Shown in pieces: positions 50,387-60,755 of a stretch of 64,000 nt of DNA. The notes beneath the pieces are model-generated. The model had not been told where the DNA came from, did not search any database, and saw only the letters and a program-made list of their open reading frames with translations. The first letter of the stretch is position 1, and every line of letters begins with the position of its first letter. Source of the stretch: an uncultured Nitrososphaerota archaeon (GTDB lineage: Archaea > Thermoproteota > Nitrososphaeria > Nitrososphaerales > Nitrosopumilaceae); assembly GCA_963701075.1 (NCBI GenBank), contig OY969559.1, positions 160,001-224,000 on the forward strand, read 5' to 3'. The translations under genes and the position numbers were made by a program.

Positions 50387-51331
50387 GTGCTGTATAGTTA
50401 TATTGGTAATAAGAGAATTTCCAAAATCACCTTGGGAACGGTCCAGATTGGAGTTAGGTATGGAATTGCTAACAAATCTGGAAAACCAAACTTTCAATCT
50501 GCACAAAATATTTTGCAGTCATCTGTTCTTATGGGAATAAATGCTTTTGATACTGCCGCCACTTACGGTAATAGTGAAGAAATTATTGGATCTTTTCTTA
50601 AAAAAATATCATTAGAAGAATATCCAATAATAATTACCAAGATTCCAAAAATTCAAGCTAAAAACGTCTCATTTGAAAATATCTATCAGCAGGTAAAATC
50701 ATCAGTGGTTAGTTCTGCTACAAGACTAAATTTGGACCAGATTCCAATTTGTTTGCTTCATGAAGCTGGTGATATGATATCTTATGATGGATTAGTTACT
50801 AAGAGTCTAGTAAAGCTTAAAGAAGAAGGATTTGTCAAAATGATTGGAGCGTCAATATATAGCCCTACAGAAGCAAAAAAATTTCTTGAGATAGATGAAT
50901 TTGAAGTAATACAGATTCCAATTAACATATTTGATACTCGTTTATTAAAACAAGGAATCCTTGATGAATTTAATCAAAGAAAAACTATTGTTTTTGCACG
51001 TAGCATTTTTCTTCAAGGACTTATTTTTCTCAAACTTGAAAAGCTGCCTTCTTTCCTTGCATCTGCAAGAATTCCTCTTGAACAATTTTATGATCTTTCA
51101 TCCGATTTGGGTATGAATCCTGCACAACTCGCGTTAACCTTTGTAAGAGACACACCGGGAATTACAAGCATGGTGCTAGGAGTTGAGACTGTAAATCAGT
51201 TAAATGAGAATGTTAAATTAATAGATTCGCCACATCTGTCTGACGGTGTGAGGTGTAAGATAATAGATATGTTTTGTGATACTCCTGAGGAAATAGTTAA
51301 TCCAAGTAAATGGAACATAAAGGAAGAATAG
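50387..51331 (+). CDS. Aldo/keto reductase
   Basis: LGTVQ.G..YG, DTA..YG.SE, ARS.FLQG. Confidence 0.88.
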   Translation: MLYSYIGNKRISKITLGTVQIGVRYGIANKSGKPNFQSAQNILQSSVLMGINAFDTAATYGNSEEIIGSFLKKISLEEYPIIITKIPKIQAKNVSFENIYQQVKSSVVSSATRLNLDQIPICLLHEAGDMISYDGLVTKSLVKLKEEGFVKMIGASIYSPTEAKKFLEIDEFEVIQIPINIFDTRLLKQGILDEFNQRKTIVFARSIFLQGLIFLKLEKLPSFLASARIPLEQFYDLSSDLGMNPAQLALTFVRDTPGITSMVLGVETVNQLNENVKLIDSPHLSDGVRCKIIDMFCDTPEEIVNPSKWNIKEE

Positions 51332-51333
51332 AA

Positions 51334-52124
51334 TTGAATGTTAAAGATCTCTTTAATTTAAAAAATAATGTTTCCGTTGTGACTGGTGGTGCTGGTCACT
51401 TGGGCCTTGCTCTCTCAGAAGCTTTACTGAAGCAGGTTCTGATGTTTACATTGTTAGTAGGAATGAAGAAAAATGTAAAAAAGCAGCAAAATCTATACAA
51501 AAATGTACTGGAGCAAATGTAAAAGGATTATCAGTAGACATTTCTTCCATGATATCAATCATAAAATGTTTCAATGAAATAGTAAAGAAATCAGGAAGAA
51601 TAGATGTACTTGTAAATAATGCTGCATTTGCTCCACTTAAAAAATTTGAGAAAATGTCTGATGAAGATTGGATTAGAGGAATAGATGGAACCATAAATGG
51701 TGTGTACAGGACAACAAAAGCAGCAATACCAATCATGGAAAAAAACAAGGGTGGTTCTATCATTAATATTTCATCGATGTATGGAACTGTCTCACCTGAT
51801 CCATCAATTTATGGAAATTCTGGATTCGATAATCCTCCAAATTATGGTGCAGGAAAAGCAGCTATTGTTCAATTTACCCGCTATTTGGCATGTCATATGG
51901 CAAAAAAAGGAATACGAGCAAATGCTGTTTCACCTGGACCATTTCCAAATCTAAAGGTACAAAAGAATAAAACATTCATTTCTAACTTGGAAAAAAAAAC
52001 TCCCTTGGGTAGAATCGGCTTACCTTATGAACTCAAAGGAATAACTGTGTTCTTAGCATCAAAGGCATCAAGTTATGTCACTGGACAAAACATACATGTA
52101 GATGGTGGATGGACTGCATGGTAA
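51334..52124 (+). CDS. SDR oxidoreductase, apparent -1 frameshift at 51426/51427
   Basis: TGGAGHLG, NNA, YGAGK, PLGR.G, VDGG; adding one base gives 263 aa. Confidence 0.88.
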
Positions 52125-52265
52125 ACAAATTTTTGATTTGTTCCATTTTTTCTATCCGAGATTTATTCAAATATGTATGATTGGTCTGGCTCTTACTCAC
52201 ATATCTATTAACAAAGATTCTTTATTACTTAGAAGATGATTTTTTATTTCTTATTAGTATTTTTT

Positions 52266-52589
52266 GGTGCGGACCCCCTGTTTTTAGTACCACTTTTTGA
52301 ATAATTTTACATACAATTACTCTCATTTATTTCTCATCTCCCACAAACGGTAGAATTCTGACAGTGTACTGTACCTTCTACGAATTTTTCTTTCCACTGG
52401 TAAAATGTCGGCGGGCTGATATTTTGCTTGCGGCACAGCTCTGCAGCACTGATGTTTGTGTTCAATGACTCCAAGATTATTCTTGCCTTTTTCTGGGGCA
52501 TGAATTTGCTTCTTACCATGTATGATTCCTCCAATAATGTTCAAAAAGTGTATGTAATGAGATGATCTTATTCTAGAGGGGTCCGTACT
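52266..52589 (-). mobile_element. Internally deleted IS3-family-like element, copy 2 (inverted)
   Basis: 52304-52588 is the reverse complement of 48727-49011; IRs GTACGGACCCC / GTGCGGACCCC. Confidence 0.8.
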
Positions 52590-52661
52590 AATAAATAGGT
52601 AATAAACTAATCTGCATTATCCTAAAAACCAATAGTTTTATTTCTCATTTTTCTTCAATAT

Positions 52662-53348
52662 GTGATGAAGAAAAATATTGCAGATTCTATCATTGTATAC
52701 TATTCTAATCTGTTTAAAAAATATGGATTGAGTAACAAAGCACTTGGTTGGCTAACTGGAAAACAATCTATTCGATTCAACATACTTACTCAAATTGGTA
52801 GCATGGATAATTCATCTGTTCTGGATGTAGGTTGTGGATTTGGTGATTTTTATGGTTATCTCAAGTATAAAAAAATACGTGCAAAATATCACGGTGTGGA
52901 TATTAATAATGATTTTTTAGAATTAACAAGAAAAAGATATCCGGGTACTATTTTTGAGTTAAGAGATATTCAAAAAGATCATTTTAAAAGAAAATTTGAT
53001 TGGGTTGTAGCAACGGGAATTACAAACCATGCTAGTACATATCCGCATCTAAAAAGTATCATAAAAGAAATGTTTAGTATTTGTAGAAAAGGAGTCGTTA
53101 TGGATTTTATAAGTAATTATGTAGACTATAAAGATAAAGATATTTTTTACACATCCCCCGAAATAATATTCAAATTTGCAAAGAGCTTGACACGTCGTGT
53201 TGTTTTAAGACATGACTATATGCCCTTTGAATTTTGTTTATATATATACAAAAATGATGTTAAAAATAAAAGAAATGTTTTTGACGAATATTATAGAAGT
53301 TTGCCAAAAACAATACAAAATGATTCATGGCTGAAATATCCTAAATAA
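52662..53348 (+). CDS. Class I SAM methyltransferase
   Basis: VLDVGCGFG, Q..RF, RHDY.PFEF. Confidence 0.85.
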   Translation: MMKKNIADSIIVYYSNLFKKYGLSNKALGWLTGKQSIRFNILTQIGSMDNSSVLDVGCGFGDFYGYLKYKKIRAKYHGVDINNDFLELTRKRYPGTIFELRDIQKDHFKRKFDWVVATGITNHASTYPHLKSIIKEMFSICRKGVVMDFISNYVDYKDKDIFYTSPEIIFKFAKSLTRRVVLRHDYMPFEFCLYIYKNDVKNKRNVFDEYYRSLPKTIQNDSWLKYPK

Positions 53349-53380
53349 GGCCATATGAAAAAGTTAAATTCGCATCATAA

Positions 53381-54076
53381 GTGAAAATGTTAAAAATGAT
53401 AGTCAGTATATCTCAACCAACCTTATTTCCATGGTTAGGATATTTTAGTATCATAAAAAATTCTGATGTTTTTGTTTTTTTGGATAATGTCAAATTTGAA
53501 AAAAGAAGTTGGCAGATGCGAAATAAATTAAAAGCAATATCTGGTGATCAAGAATCTGAAGTATGGATAAGAATACCAACTAGATTAGAAAAAACTGATA
53601 CGATGATAAAAGATGTACTCATTGACAACACGCAAGATTGGAAACGTAAACACATCAATGCATTTAGAAGTAATTATGGTAAAGACTATGCCGAAATAGA
53701 TTTTTTACAGAAAATGTATGAAAAGGATTGGGAAAAATTAGCAGAATTTAACATCACTTTTATTCGTGAATGTTGCCAATTTTTGGGAATCAGAACTAAA
53801 TTAGTCAGGGCATCGGATTTATCAGTGGAAGGAAAAAAAAGCCAATTATTGTTAAATATATGTAAGAATTTTTCTGCAACTGAATATCTAAGTACTGTAG
53901 GTTCAAAAGAATATCTAGAAAATGACAAGAATATGTTTGAAATAGAAAATATTAAAATCTCATATCATGAATATGTACATCCAATTTATAGACAGAAAGG
54001 AAATACATTCATAGAAAAGATGAGTATCCTCGATTTGTTGTTTAATGAAAAAGAAAACTCTATGAAATTTATCTAA
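53381..54076 (+). CDS. wbqC: WbqC-family protein
   Basis: QP..FPWLGYF, FVFLD.V, RN, HP.Y.Q, SILDLLFN. Confidence 0.88.
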   Translation: MKMLKMIVSISQPTLFPWLGYFSIIKNSDVFVFLDNVKFEKRSWQMRNKLKAISGDQESEVWIRIPTRLEKTDTMIKDVLIDNTQDWKRKHINAFRSNYGKDYAEIDFLQKMYEKDWEKLAEFNITFIRECCQFLGIRTKLVRASDLSVEGKKSQLLLNICKNFSATEYLSTVGSKEYLENDKNMFEIENIKISYHEYVHPIYRQKGNTFIEKMSILDLLFNEKENSMKFI

Positions 54077-54088
54077 ATATTTGGTAGA

Positions 54089-55003
54089 TTATTCCATGAC
54101 AGCATAACCAAAACCTGTTTTTCCATACTCATTACCATTGTATAACATGTATTTTGTTCCATTATGTTTAAACACAAATGAGTATTCCATCATTTCTGAA
54201 TCCCACTCTGTTGAAGAAACATCTATTCCTACCTGCTCATCCTTTCTTTCCCAATGTATTCCATCCCTTGATTCTGAATATCCTATTCTATACTGCTTTG
54301 TCGCATGTGAGTACCACATTTTGTAAATTCCATCTTCTTTCAATATACATGCTTTTCCAATTCTTGTTTCATTTTCTTTAAAGTCGACACAAATTACACC
54401 ATTTCTTTCCCAATGTATTCCATCCCTTGATTCTGCATATCTAATATGATAAGGAATCTTAAACTCCCCGTTATTTCTTTCCCAATGTGTACCGGAAATA
54501 TACCACATTCTCCATAAATTATCTTCACGAATTACCCATGGCGATGCTGCAAAATATGGATCTATTGTATTACGATCAATAATGGGACCATCACTATACT
54601 TTTTGAAACTTACTCCATTATCATGACTGATGGCAAGTCCAATTGACCATCTAAAAGGAACTGTCCCACCCAAGTTCCAACCTACGTAATAAAGATATTT
54701 TTTATCCTCATAAGTTACTAAACTACCTGTCATTGCCCCGTTATCATCAAAAGTTCCCAATTTTCCTAATGGTACAACAGGCTCCTCACTTATCTTCAAA
54801 ATTTTTCTAGGATCCTTAATGTCTATTTCCAAATATCCTATAGAAGCTCTATTTTCTGAATCACGTCCACTAAAATATATTCGGTATAAATCATCTTTTA
54901 TTCTATCAGCTATTGGTAAACTTGCATATGATTTCATCCATTCAAATTCTCCCTTTGACTCAAAAATTAGACCTTTTTTAACCCACTTCATACAACACCC
55001 CAA
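54089..55003 (-). CDS. Five-bladed beta-propeller glycoside hydrolase-like protein
   Basis: Repeated Y.ES.DG.HW blades, MWY motifs. Confidence 0.75.
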   Translation of the reverse strand: MGCCMKWVKKGLIFESKGEFEWMKSYASLPIADRIKDDLYRIYFSGRDSENRASIGYLEIDIKDPRKILKISEEPVVPLGKLGTFDDNGAMTGSLVTYEDKKYLYYVGWNLGGTVPFRWSIGLAISHDNGVSFKKYSDGPIIDRNTIDPYFAASPWVIREDNLWRMWYISGTHWERNNGEFKIPYHIRYAESRDGIHWERNGVICVDFKENETRIGKACILKEDGIYKMWYSHATKQYRIGYSESRDGIHWERKDEQVGIDVSSTEWDSEMMEYSFVFKHNGTKYMLYNGNEYGKTGFGYAVME

Positions 55004-55006
55004 CTA

Positions 55007-55678
55007 TTAGATATTTTTCAACTTATCGCTTGTGATTGGAAGTAATTTGGTACTGTCTGTAGTATATACTTCCTTTTCTTTAGTGTCTTTCAAAATAACT
55101 GCACCTGCACCAATAACGCATTCTCTTGCTATACTAATTCCATCTCTAATAGTAGAATTAACTCCTAAAAAACAAAATGGGCCGATCTTAACATTTCCTG
55201 ATATAACTACATGTGATGCAATAAAACAATGATCTCCAATAGTAGAATGATGACCTATGTGATTTCCACTCCAAATTATTACATCGTCACCTATTTTTAC
55301 AAAAGGCTGAATGACATTATTTTCCAATATGAAACAATTCTGCCCTATATCTAATTTGCCCCAAGTAATTGCCTTTGAATTAACATAACTCAATAAGTTA
55401 TAACCCTTGGATTTTACATCATCAAATATTTTTGCTCTCAGTTTATTGATTTTCGAATATACAACAGCTATGAACATCAAATATTGGTCTGGTGGATATT
55501 TTTCTTCTATATTTTCAAAAGGTATTATAGGTAAACCAAATAATTCTTTTTTATCGATAAACTCTTTGTTTGCAGTAAATGCAACAATCTCATATTGGCT
55601 ATCATGTGTAAGATAAAAATGTACTACCTCTGCAAAACCTGAAGTTCCAAATATGATTACTTTTCTCATAAATCTCAA
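55007..55678 (-). CDS. Sugar acetyltransferase (NeuD/PglD-like)
   Basis: Hexapeptide repeats, IGHH, IGAGAVI.KD. Confidence 0.88.
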   Translation of the reverse strand: MRFMRKVIIFGTSGFAEVVHFYLTHDSQYEIVAFTANKEFIDKKELFGLPIIPFENIEEKYPPDQYLMFIAVVYSKINKLRAKIFDDVKSKGYNLLSYVNSKAITWGKLDIGQNCFILENNVIQPFVKIGDDVIIWSGNHIGHHSTIGDHCFIASHVVISGNVKIGPFCFLGVNSTIRDGISIARECVIGAGAVILKDTKEKEVYTTDSTKLLPITSDKLKNI

Positions 55679-55802
55679 TAATCCATTGTTATGTATTTAA
55701 TATTGTCCTTTTACATAAAATAACTTCCAAACCTAACTGAATCGAAAAAGTGACTTGTACAAGAAATATAAAACAAGTTTATTATTAACCCAGTGTTCAA
55801 AT

Positions 55803-56966
55803 GTGACTATTAGAATTTTAGGAATAGAAAAATCTGAAAAACTAATCTATGATTTAGGAAGATATTTAACAAGGTCAAAAATCATGCAGATGAATATTCC
55901 AACTGGTTACAGAAATTTTCTTATATCTCATAATGATATAGAGTTTTTTAAATCACAAAAGACAGCTGATCAAGTTAAAAAAATAAATCAAATTAAAGAT
56001 AATTTTGATCTATGTATTGTTTCAGGATGGGATGCTGCAACAATTGCATATCTGTCAGGATTGAAATACATTATTTTCTTCATGGGTGATGATATTAAAA
56101 TACCTCCATTTGTAAAAAACTCTAAACCTGATTTTCTTAATGAGCCTGTTAACAAATACAACTTTCTCCAAAGAAAATTCTATAAACATATTCTTAATAA
56201 CGCACTAGCCTGTGTTACTGGCTCCGAAGAGATGATCAGTTATTTAAAAAAATATAGAAAAGATGCATATAGGATCGATGGATTTGTAGCAAATACCTCT
56301 TTGTTTAATCCTACAGTTAAACCGATAGATCTTAAAAAAAATACATTTACATTTTTTAGTCCGCAAAGAATTGGACTTGAGAAAGGTACGGATGTTCTAT
56401 GGAAGGCCATCTCTTTATGTAAATCTGACTTTGAAGTCATTCAGGTTGAATGGTTTGACGAAAAATCTCCAGAAGCAAAGAGAACAAGCAATGAATTATT
56501 AAAAATAAAACCTTCTAAAGTTCGTCTAATACCGTTGATAAAACTTGTGGATATGCCAAAATACTATGCATTTGCAGATGCAGTACTTGGAGAAATGAAA
56601 ACAGGGCATTTGAATTACACAGAATGTGAAGCAATATTATGTAAAAAACCAGTTATAACCTATAATGATCCTAAGTGGAAACATCTTGCTGCTGGAAAAG
56701 AAATTTCTTCTCCTTTTCTACCTACATCCCAAGATCCTTTGCAAATAGCTGAATTGATAGACAAAGTAGTTGAATCTAGAGATTTTCGCGAAAAATTAAT
56801 TGAAACAGAATATGATTTTATAATGAAAATGGCAGATCCTGTGAAGAAAGCAGAAGAATGGGATGATTTTTTTGAAATTGTATATAAACAACAAAAATCA
56901 ACTAAAAAAAATATACCTTTTTTTATAAGATGGTTTCGAATGATCTTTTTCTATATCTGTCAATAA
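55803..56966 (+). CDS. GT-B glycosyltransferase (GT4-like)
   Basis: PQR...KG, E.EA..CKKPVI; GTG start at 55803 preferred. Confidence 0.7.
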   Translation: MTIRILGIEKSEKLIYDLGRYLTRSKIMQMNIPTGYRNFLISHNDIEFFKSQKTADQVKKINQIKDNFDLCIVSGWDAATIAYLSGLKYIIFFMGDDIKIPPFVKNSKPDFLNEPVNKYNFLQRKFYKHILNNALACVTGSEEMISYLKKYRKDAYRIDGFVANTSLFNPTVKPIDLKKNTFTFFSPQRIGLEKGTDVLWKAISLCKSDFEVIQVEWFDEKSPEAKRTSNELLKIKPSKVRLIPLIKLVDMPKYYAFADAVLGEMKTGHLNYTECEAILCKKPVITYNDPKWKHLAAGKEISSPFLPTSQDPLQIAELIDKVVESRDFREKLIETEYDFIMKMADPVKKAEEWDDFFEIVYKQQKSTKKNIPFFIRWFRMIFFYICQ

Positions 56967-57016
56967 ATTCAACTGATTGTAAATAAAACCTGATAAAATA
57001 ATAATTAAATTACAGG

Positions 57017-57712
57017 TTATCTATTTTTCATTAAATAAGGTTTTTTTCTTAAAAGCTCGAGAATGTCATCAGTATAAAATATGCCATTTTTATATAATTC
57101 AGCAAAAATTCCTCTAATGAATTCTAAATCATAAGGAACCTCTACAGTCCAATGAAATTTTCCTAAATCATATCCTGTTTGGATTTCTAAAATTCTGAAT
57201 CCATTTTCAGGATTTATGATATATGGTGTTACATGTTCTCTCTCTGCTGGTGATTTTGCATTTAACCACGCTTTCTCTAATGCTTCAAATGTAAATCCTT
57301 CCATTCCAATACCGAGTACTGTATTAGCAGCAGGTCTAACATAATCCACCTCTGATGTTTCAAATGATTTTACTATCTGAGAGCACAAATGAGGATCTAT
57401 AAGTGGAGAATCAGCAGTTATTCTAAATATCTCATTTAATTTGTATTCTTTTGATGCCTGATAATATCTATCTAGCACATCATTAGTCGATCCCCTATAA
57501 TATTTAACATCACATTCATTCGAAATTTCTATAATCTTATCATCAATGTCTCGTTGAGTAGTTGCTACTATGATTGGAATACCAATCTTCTTTGAACGCT
57601 CTATTACGTGCCATAACAATGGTTTTCCTTCTATTATTTGTAATACCTTAGAGGGAAAACGTGAAGAATCAGTTCTAGCTTGAATTATTCCAGCTTTCTC
57701 ATTGATAGTCAA
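57017..57712 (-). CDS. SpsF-like cytidylyltransferase
   Basis: IIQAR..SSR.P.KV, RGS..DVL.RY, RITAD.P, REHVT. Confidence 0.88.
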   Translation of the reverse strand: MTINEKAGIIQARTDSSRFPSKVLQIIEGKPLLWHVIERSKKIGIPIIVATTQRDIDDKIIEISNECDVKYYRGSTNDVLDRYYQASKEYKLNEIFRITADSPLIDPHLCSQIVKSFETSEVDYVRPAANTVLGIGMEGFTFEALEKAWLNAKSPAEREHVTPYIINPENGFRILEIQTGYDLGKFHWTVEVPYDLEFIRGIFAELYKNGIFYTDDILELLRKKPYLMKNR

Positions 57713-57855
57713 ATATCTACTCTTTTATTGTATCGTATTAGAATTTTTTGAATATGTCATGAAAATGGGCTTTTGGATTTTTTTATTATTAGAAATTAGT
57801 TATATAACACATACACGTTTTGTTGTTAATTCCTTAATGTAATATCTTTATTATT

Positions 57856-58947
57856 CTATTTTGAAAGCAAATTAACAGTCTTTATGATAAAATCAACATC
57901 ATGATCAGTTAAATTTGGATGAACTGGTATTGTAACTATCTCATTTGCAGATTTCTCAGTATTGGGCAGAGATATTTTCGAATTATAAAAACTCATGGAA
58001 TGAACAGGCCTATAATGTAATCCAATTTCAATTCCATGTGAATTTATTTTTTTAATAAATTGATTTCTATTTTTTACTCTTATCCAATACAAATGATAGC
58101 TACATTCCTTACTTAGTGGAATTTTTTCCGAAGTTTTTAATTCAGAATCATATCGTTGAGTGATGTGGAATCTTTTTAAATTTAATGAATCTAGTTTTTT
58201 TAACTGTTCTATTCCTATTGCTGCAGAAATTTCATCCGAGTAGTAATTATACCCAAGAGAAGTTACATCATAACTTGTACCTTTTCTGTTGTCTATACCG
58301 CACCATCTAAGAGAATTCAATTTTTTTCGTAGAGTGTGACTATTTCTAGAATTGATTGTTATTGCTCCACCTTTGGGCATTGAAAGATTTTTCACAGGGT
58401 GAAAACTAAAACAAGTTAATTCACTTATTGCACCAATCTTTTTGGAATTATAACTACTGCCACAGGCATGTGCCGCATCTTCTATTATGTGTACATCTCT
58501 CTCTTTTGATATATTTATTATTTTATTCATATCACATGGATATCCACCAAAATGAACAGGAACTATTGCTTTCGTATTTTTTGTAATTTTTGTCTCAATG
58601 TCTGCCGGATCCAAACATAATGTATCTGGATCTACATCAACAAAAATTGGAATTCCGCCATTATATAATATTGAATGGACAGTAGTAACAAAAGTTAGAG
58701 AAGGAACTAAAACTTCTTTTTCATTAATATCTAGAATTTTTAATGCTAAGTGAAGTGCCGCCGTTCCACTGTCAACAGCTACGCATTCTCTCGAATGTGT
58801 GTATTTTCTAAAATTATTCTCAAACTCTAAAACTTTTCCTAGTCCTGCACCTGAAGCCCAATTATGACTTTTCAGAGTTTTTACTGCAGCGTTAATTTCT
58901 TTATTGTTAAATGAAGGAGAAAAAAGTTTTATTGCATAATTTTTCAT
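57856..58947 (-). CDS. DegT/DnrJ/EryC1/StrS sugar aminotransferase
   Basis: SGTAALH, EDAAHA, FSFHPVKNL. Confidence 0.92.
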   Translation of the reverse strand: MKNYAIKLFSPSFNNKEINAAVKTLKSHNWASGAGLGKVLEFENNFRKYTHSRECVAVDSGTAALHLALKILDINEKEVLVPSLTFVTTVHSILYNGGIPIFVDVDPDTLCLDPADIETKITKNTKAIVPVHFGGYPCDMNKIINISKERDVHIIEDAAHACGSSYNSKKIGAISELTCFSFHPVKNLSMPKGGAITINSRNSHTLRKKLNSLRWCGIDNRKGTSYDVTSLGYNYYSDEISAAIGIEQLKKLDSLNLKRFHITQRYDSELKTSEKIPLSKECSYHLYWIRVKNRNQFIKKINSHGIEIGLHYRPVHSMSFYNSKISLPNTEKSANEIVTIPVHPNLTDHDVDFIIKTVNLLSK

Positions 58948-58973
58948 GTGTTAATCTCCTAATATTGTATTAG

Positions 58974-59717
58974 TTATTTCTCTTTTGATATTATTAAAGA
59001 TTCAATTCTTTTTGCATGTTTAACTAATAATGAGAGTTCATCAAAGGATATTGAAAATGGCGCATCGGGGCCTTTAGATATGTCTAATTTTACATGTTTT
59101 TCTACAAATAATTCATGTGCATTAAGATATTTTTTTATGGCTAAATATACCAAAGGAATTGTAATTCCTAATGTGTGATCTGAAAAAAAATCATGTTTCA
59201 AATTTTCTTTCCAATCAATTTCATTATCTGTAGCAGGATATTCCGCTACACAATAACAAAATTGATAATTTTGCCCTTGAAATAATCCCTGAATTTTCTG
59301 ATAATCAATTCCATATCCGGTACTGATAAAAACACGTTTTTTTGTTTCCGCCACTTTCTTAATTGTTTCATATGCAAATTTGTGTTTTAACGCTGCGGTG
59401 TAAGAGGCAATTTTATACACTTCGGTATTTATTGATTCTAAAACATCAACAGCTTCTGGATTGAATACGCTACAAAACCACTTTATCCCAATCTTATCAG
59501 CATATTTCTTTAACTCTCTTGCATTGTCTTCAGTTAGTTCTGCTTTTTTAACAAAATCCCAATGTTCAAATGATGGATTATAGAGATCAGCTGCTCGCCA
59601 CATTTGGAATTTAATATAGGACGCACCACTTTCTTTTGCTTTTTCAATACAAAGTTTCGCTAGTTCTACATCTCCTTCCCAATTAGATCCAATTTCAGGA
59701 ATTATATTTATTGACAA
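58974..59717 (-). CDS. N-acetylneuraminate synthase (NeuB) family, no C-terminal SAF domain
   Basis: EIGSN..G, KFQ, YKIAS, SDHT, EKH, GPD. Confidence 0.88.
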   Translation of the reverse strand: MSINIIPEIGSNWEGDVELAKLCIEKAKESGASYIKFQMWRAADLYNPSFEHWDFVKKAELTEDNARELKKYADKIGIKWFCSVFNPEAVDVLESINTEVYKIASYTAALKHKFAYETIKKVAETKKRVFISTGYGIDYQKIQGLFQGQNYQFCYCVAEYPATDNEIDWKENLKHDFFSDHTLGITIPLVYLAIKKYLNAHELFVEKHVKLDISKGPDAPFSISFDELSLLVKHAKRIESLIISKEK

Positions 59718-60032
59718 TAATTTACATCAGAACTGAATCTAGCATATATTAATTCATTGCTGATTTCTGCACTGGATAGTTAGAGAGATAAATCATTGAC
59801 TAAAACAAATTGTAAAGAAACGGTTGATTTTTGGATGTCAGAAAATACGTGCCTACTGCACCACGATTCATAGATGTCATAGCCTATCCCCTTAGAGTTA
59901 TCTCCGCCTACTGGACAGGTCTGCTGGTGCTTATTTTGCTTGTAGGATTCAGCTCCTACTTTGATCTATAGTGATAAGTTCTAAATGGAGAGATGAGATG
60001 GTAGTAGAAAAAATCTTGGTTATGTGATCATT

Positions 60033-60083
60033 ACCATATGGTATCGTCATAAGCAGTAGATTAGACAGAACTCTTCCTATTTC
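60033..60083 (-). pseudogene. Possible methyltransferase relic
   Basis: EIGRVLSNLLLMTIPYG resembles E..RVLK.GG.L..T.PYG; short and degenerate. Confidence 0.3.
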
Positions 60084-60141
60084 TATGAAATTACTTAAAA
60101 AGATGAAAATTTAACATGTAGTGATTTTGTTGTCTTTTGAG

Positions 60142-60507
60142 TCAATTCTTAATTTTTGATTCTACAACGTAGCGATATTCTGGAAAATTTGTATCCTCGT
60201 ACTCTTTTTCAAATACTTCCAAAAATAAGCTATCTTCTAACGCAGTAAGTAGATGTGCTTCCTTAGATGGCGTATCAATGATTTCATTTGCTAAAAAAAC
60301 TTGAATTCTCTCACGTCCTGTATTGATATCCTTGCCTCTGTATTCGATTTTTCCTAAGATAACAATATGCTTAGTGGGGATCTTGTGATAATGCCCTCCC
60401 CTTGAATATCCCTTTCTTAATTCAAGTAGATGTACTTTCTTATTATTAGAAGATAAAAAGAAAATCTTTCCCCTTACATCTTCAACTTCTTTTTCTATTT
60501 TCATCAA
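60142..60507 (-). CDS. Cupin-fold protein (sugar isomerase-like)
   Basis: DVRG, RGGHYH, AH...A.EDS.F.E. Confidence 0.7.
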   Translation of the reverse strand: MMKIEKEVEDVRGKIFFLSSNNKKVHLLELRKGYSRGGHYHKIPTKHIVILGKIEYRGKDINTGRERIQVFLANEIIDTPSKEAHLLTALEDSLFLEVFEKEYEDTNFPEYRYVVESKIKN

Positions 60508-60755
60508 ATACTGATTTTGTTATTACTATTTTAACACTCTAATAAAGATTCTCAAGGAATTGCTGCACATGAAAGTAATTTCTACATCATTAAATTCCAG
60601 AATAAAAAACGAGATTATGGAATACATTGAAAGGAATTTGAATCCATGACAGTGTCTGAATTTTCATTAATTATAATAACTAAACTTGCAGCGCATATTT
60701 ACTGGCTTGTTTCAAATAAAATCATTTGGTTGTTTAACAAATTCCACTACATATT

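Noticed and set aside
2386-52124. Five split genes as true pseudogenes or programmed frameshifts
   Set aside because: Each is fixed by single-base changes at or beside AGCT, with no slippery heptamer or other decay; sequencing error is more parsimonious, pending read check
48726-52589. Proven composite transposon insertion
   Set aside because: No shared TSD outside the pair, copy 1 has its own TSD and no intact transposase is present
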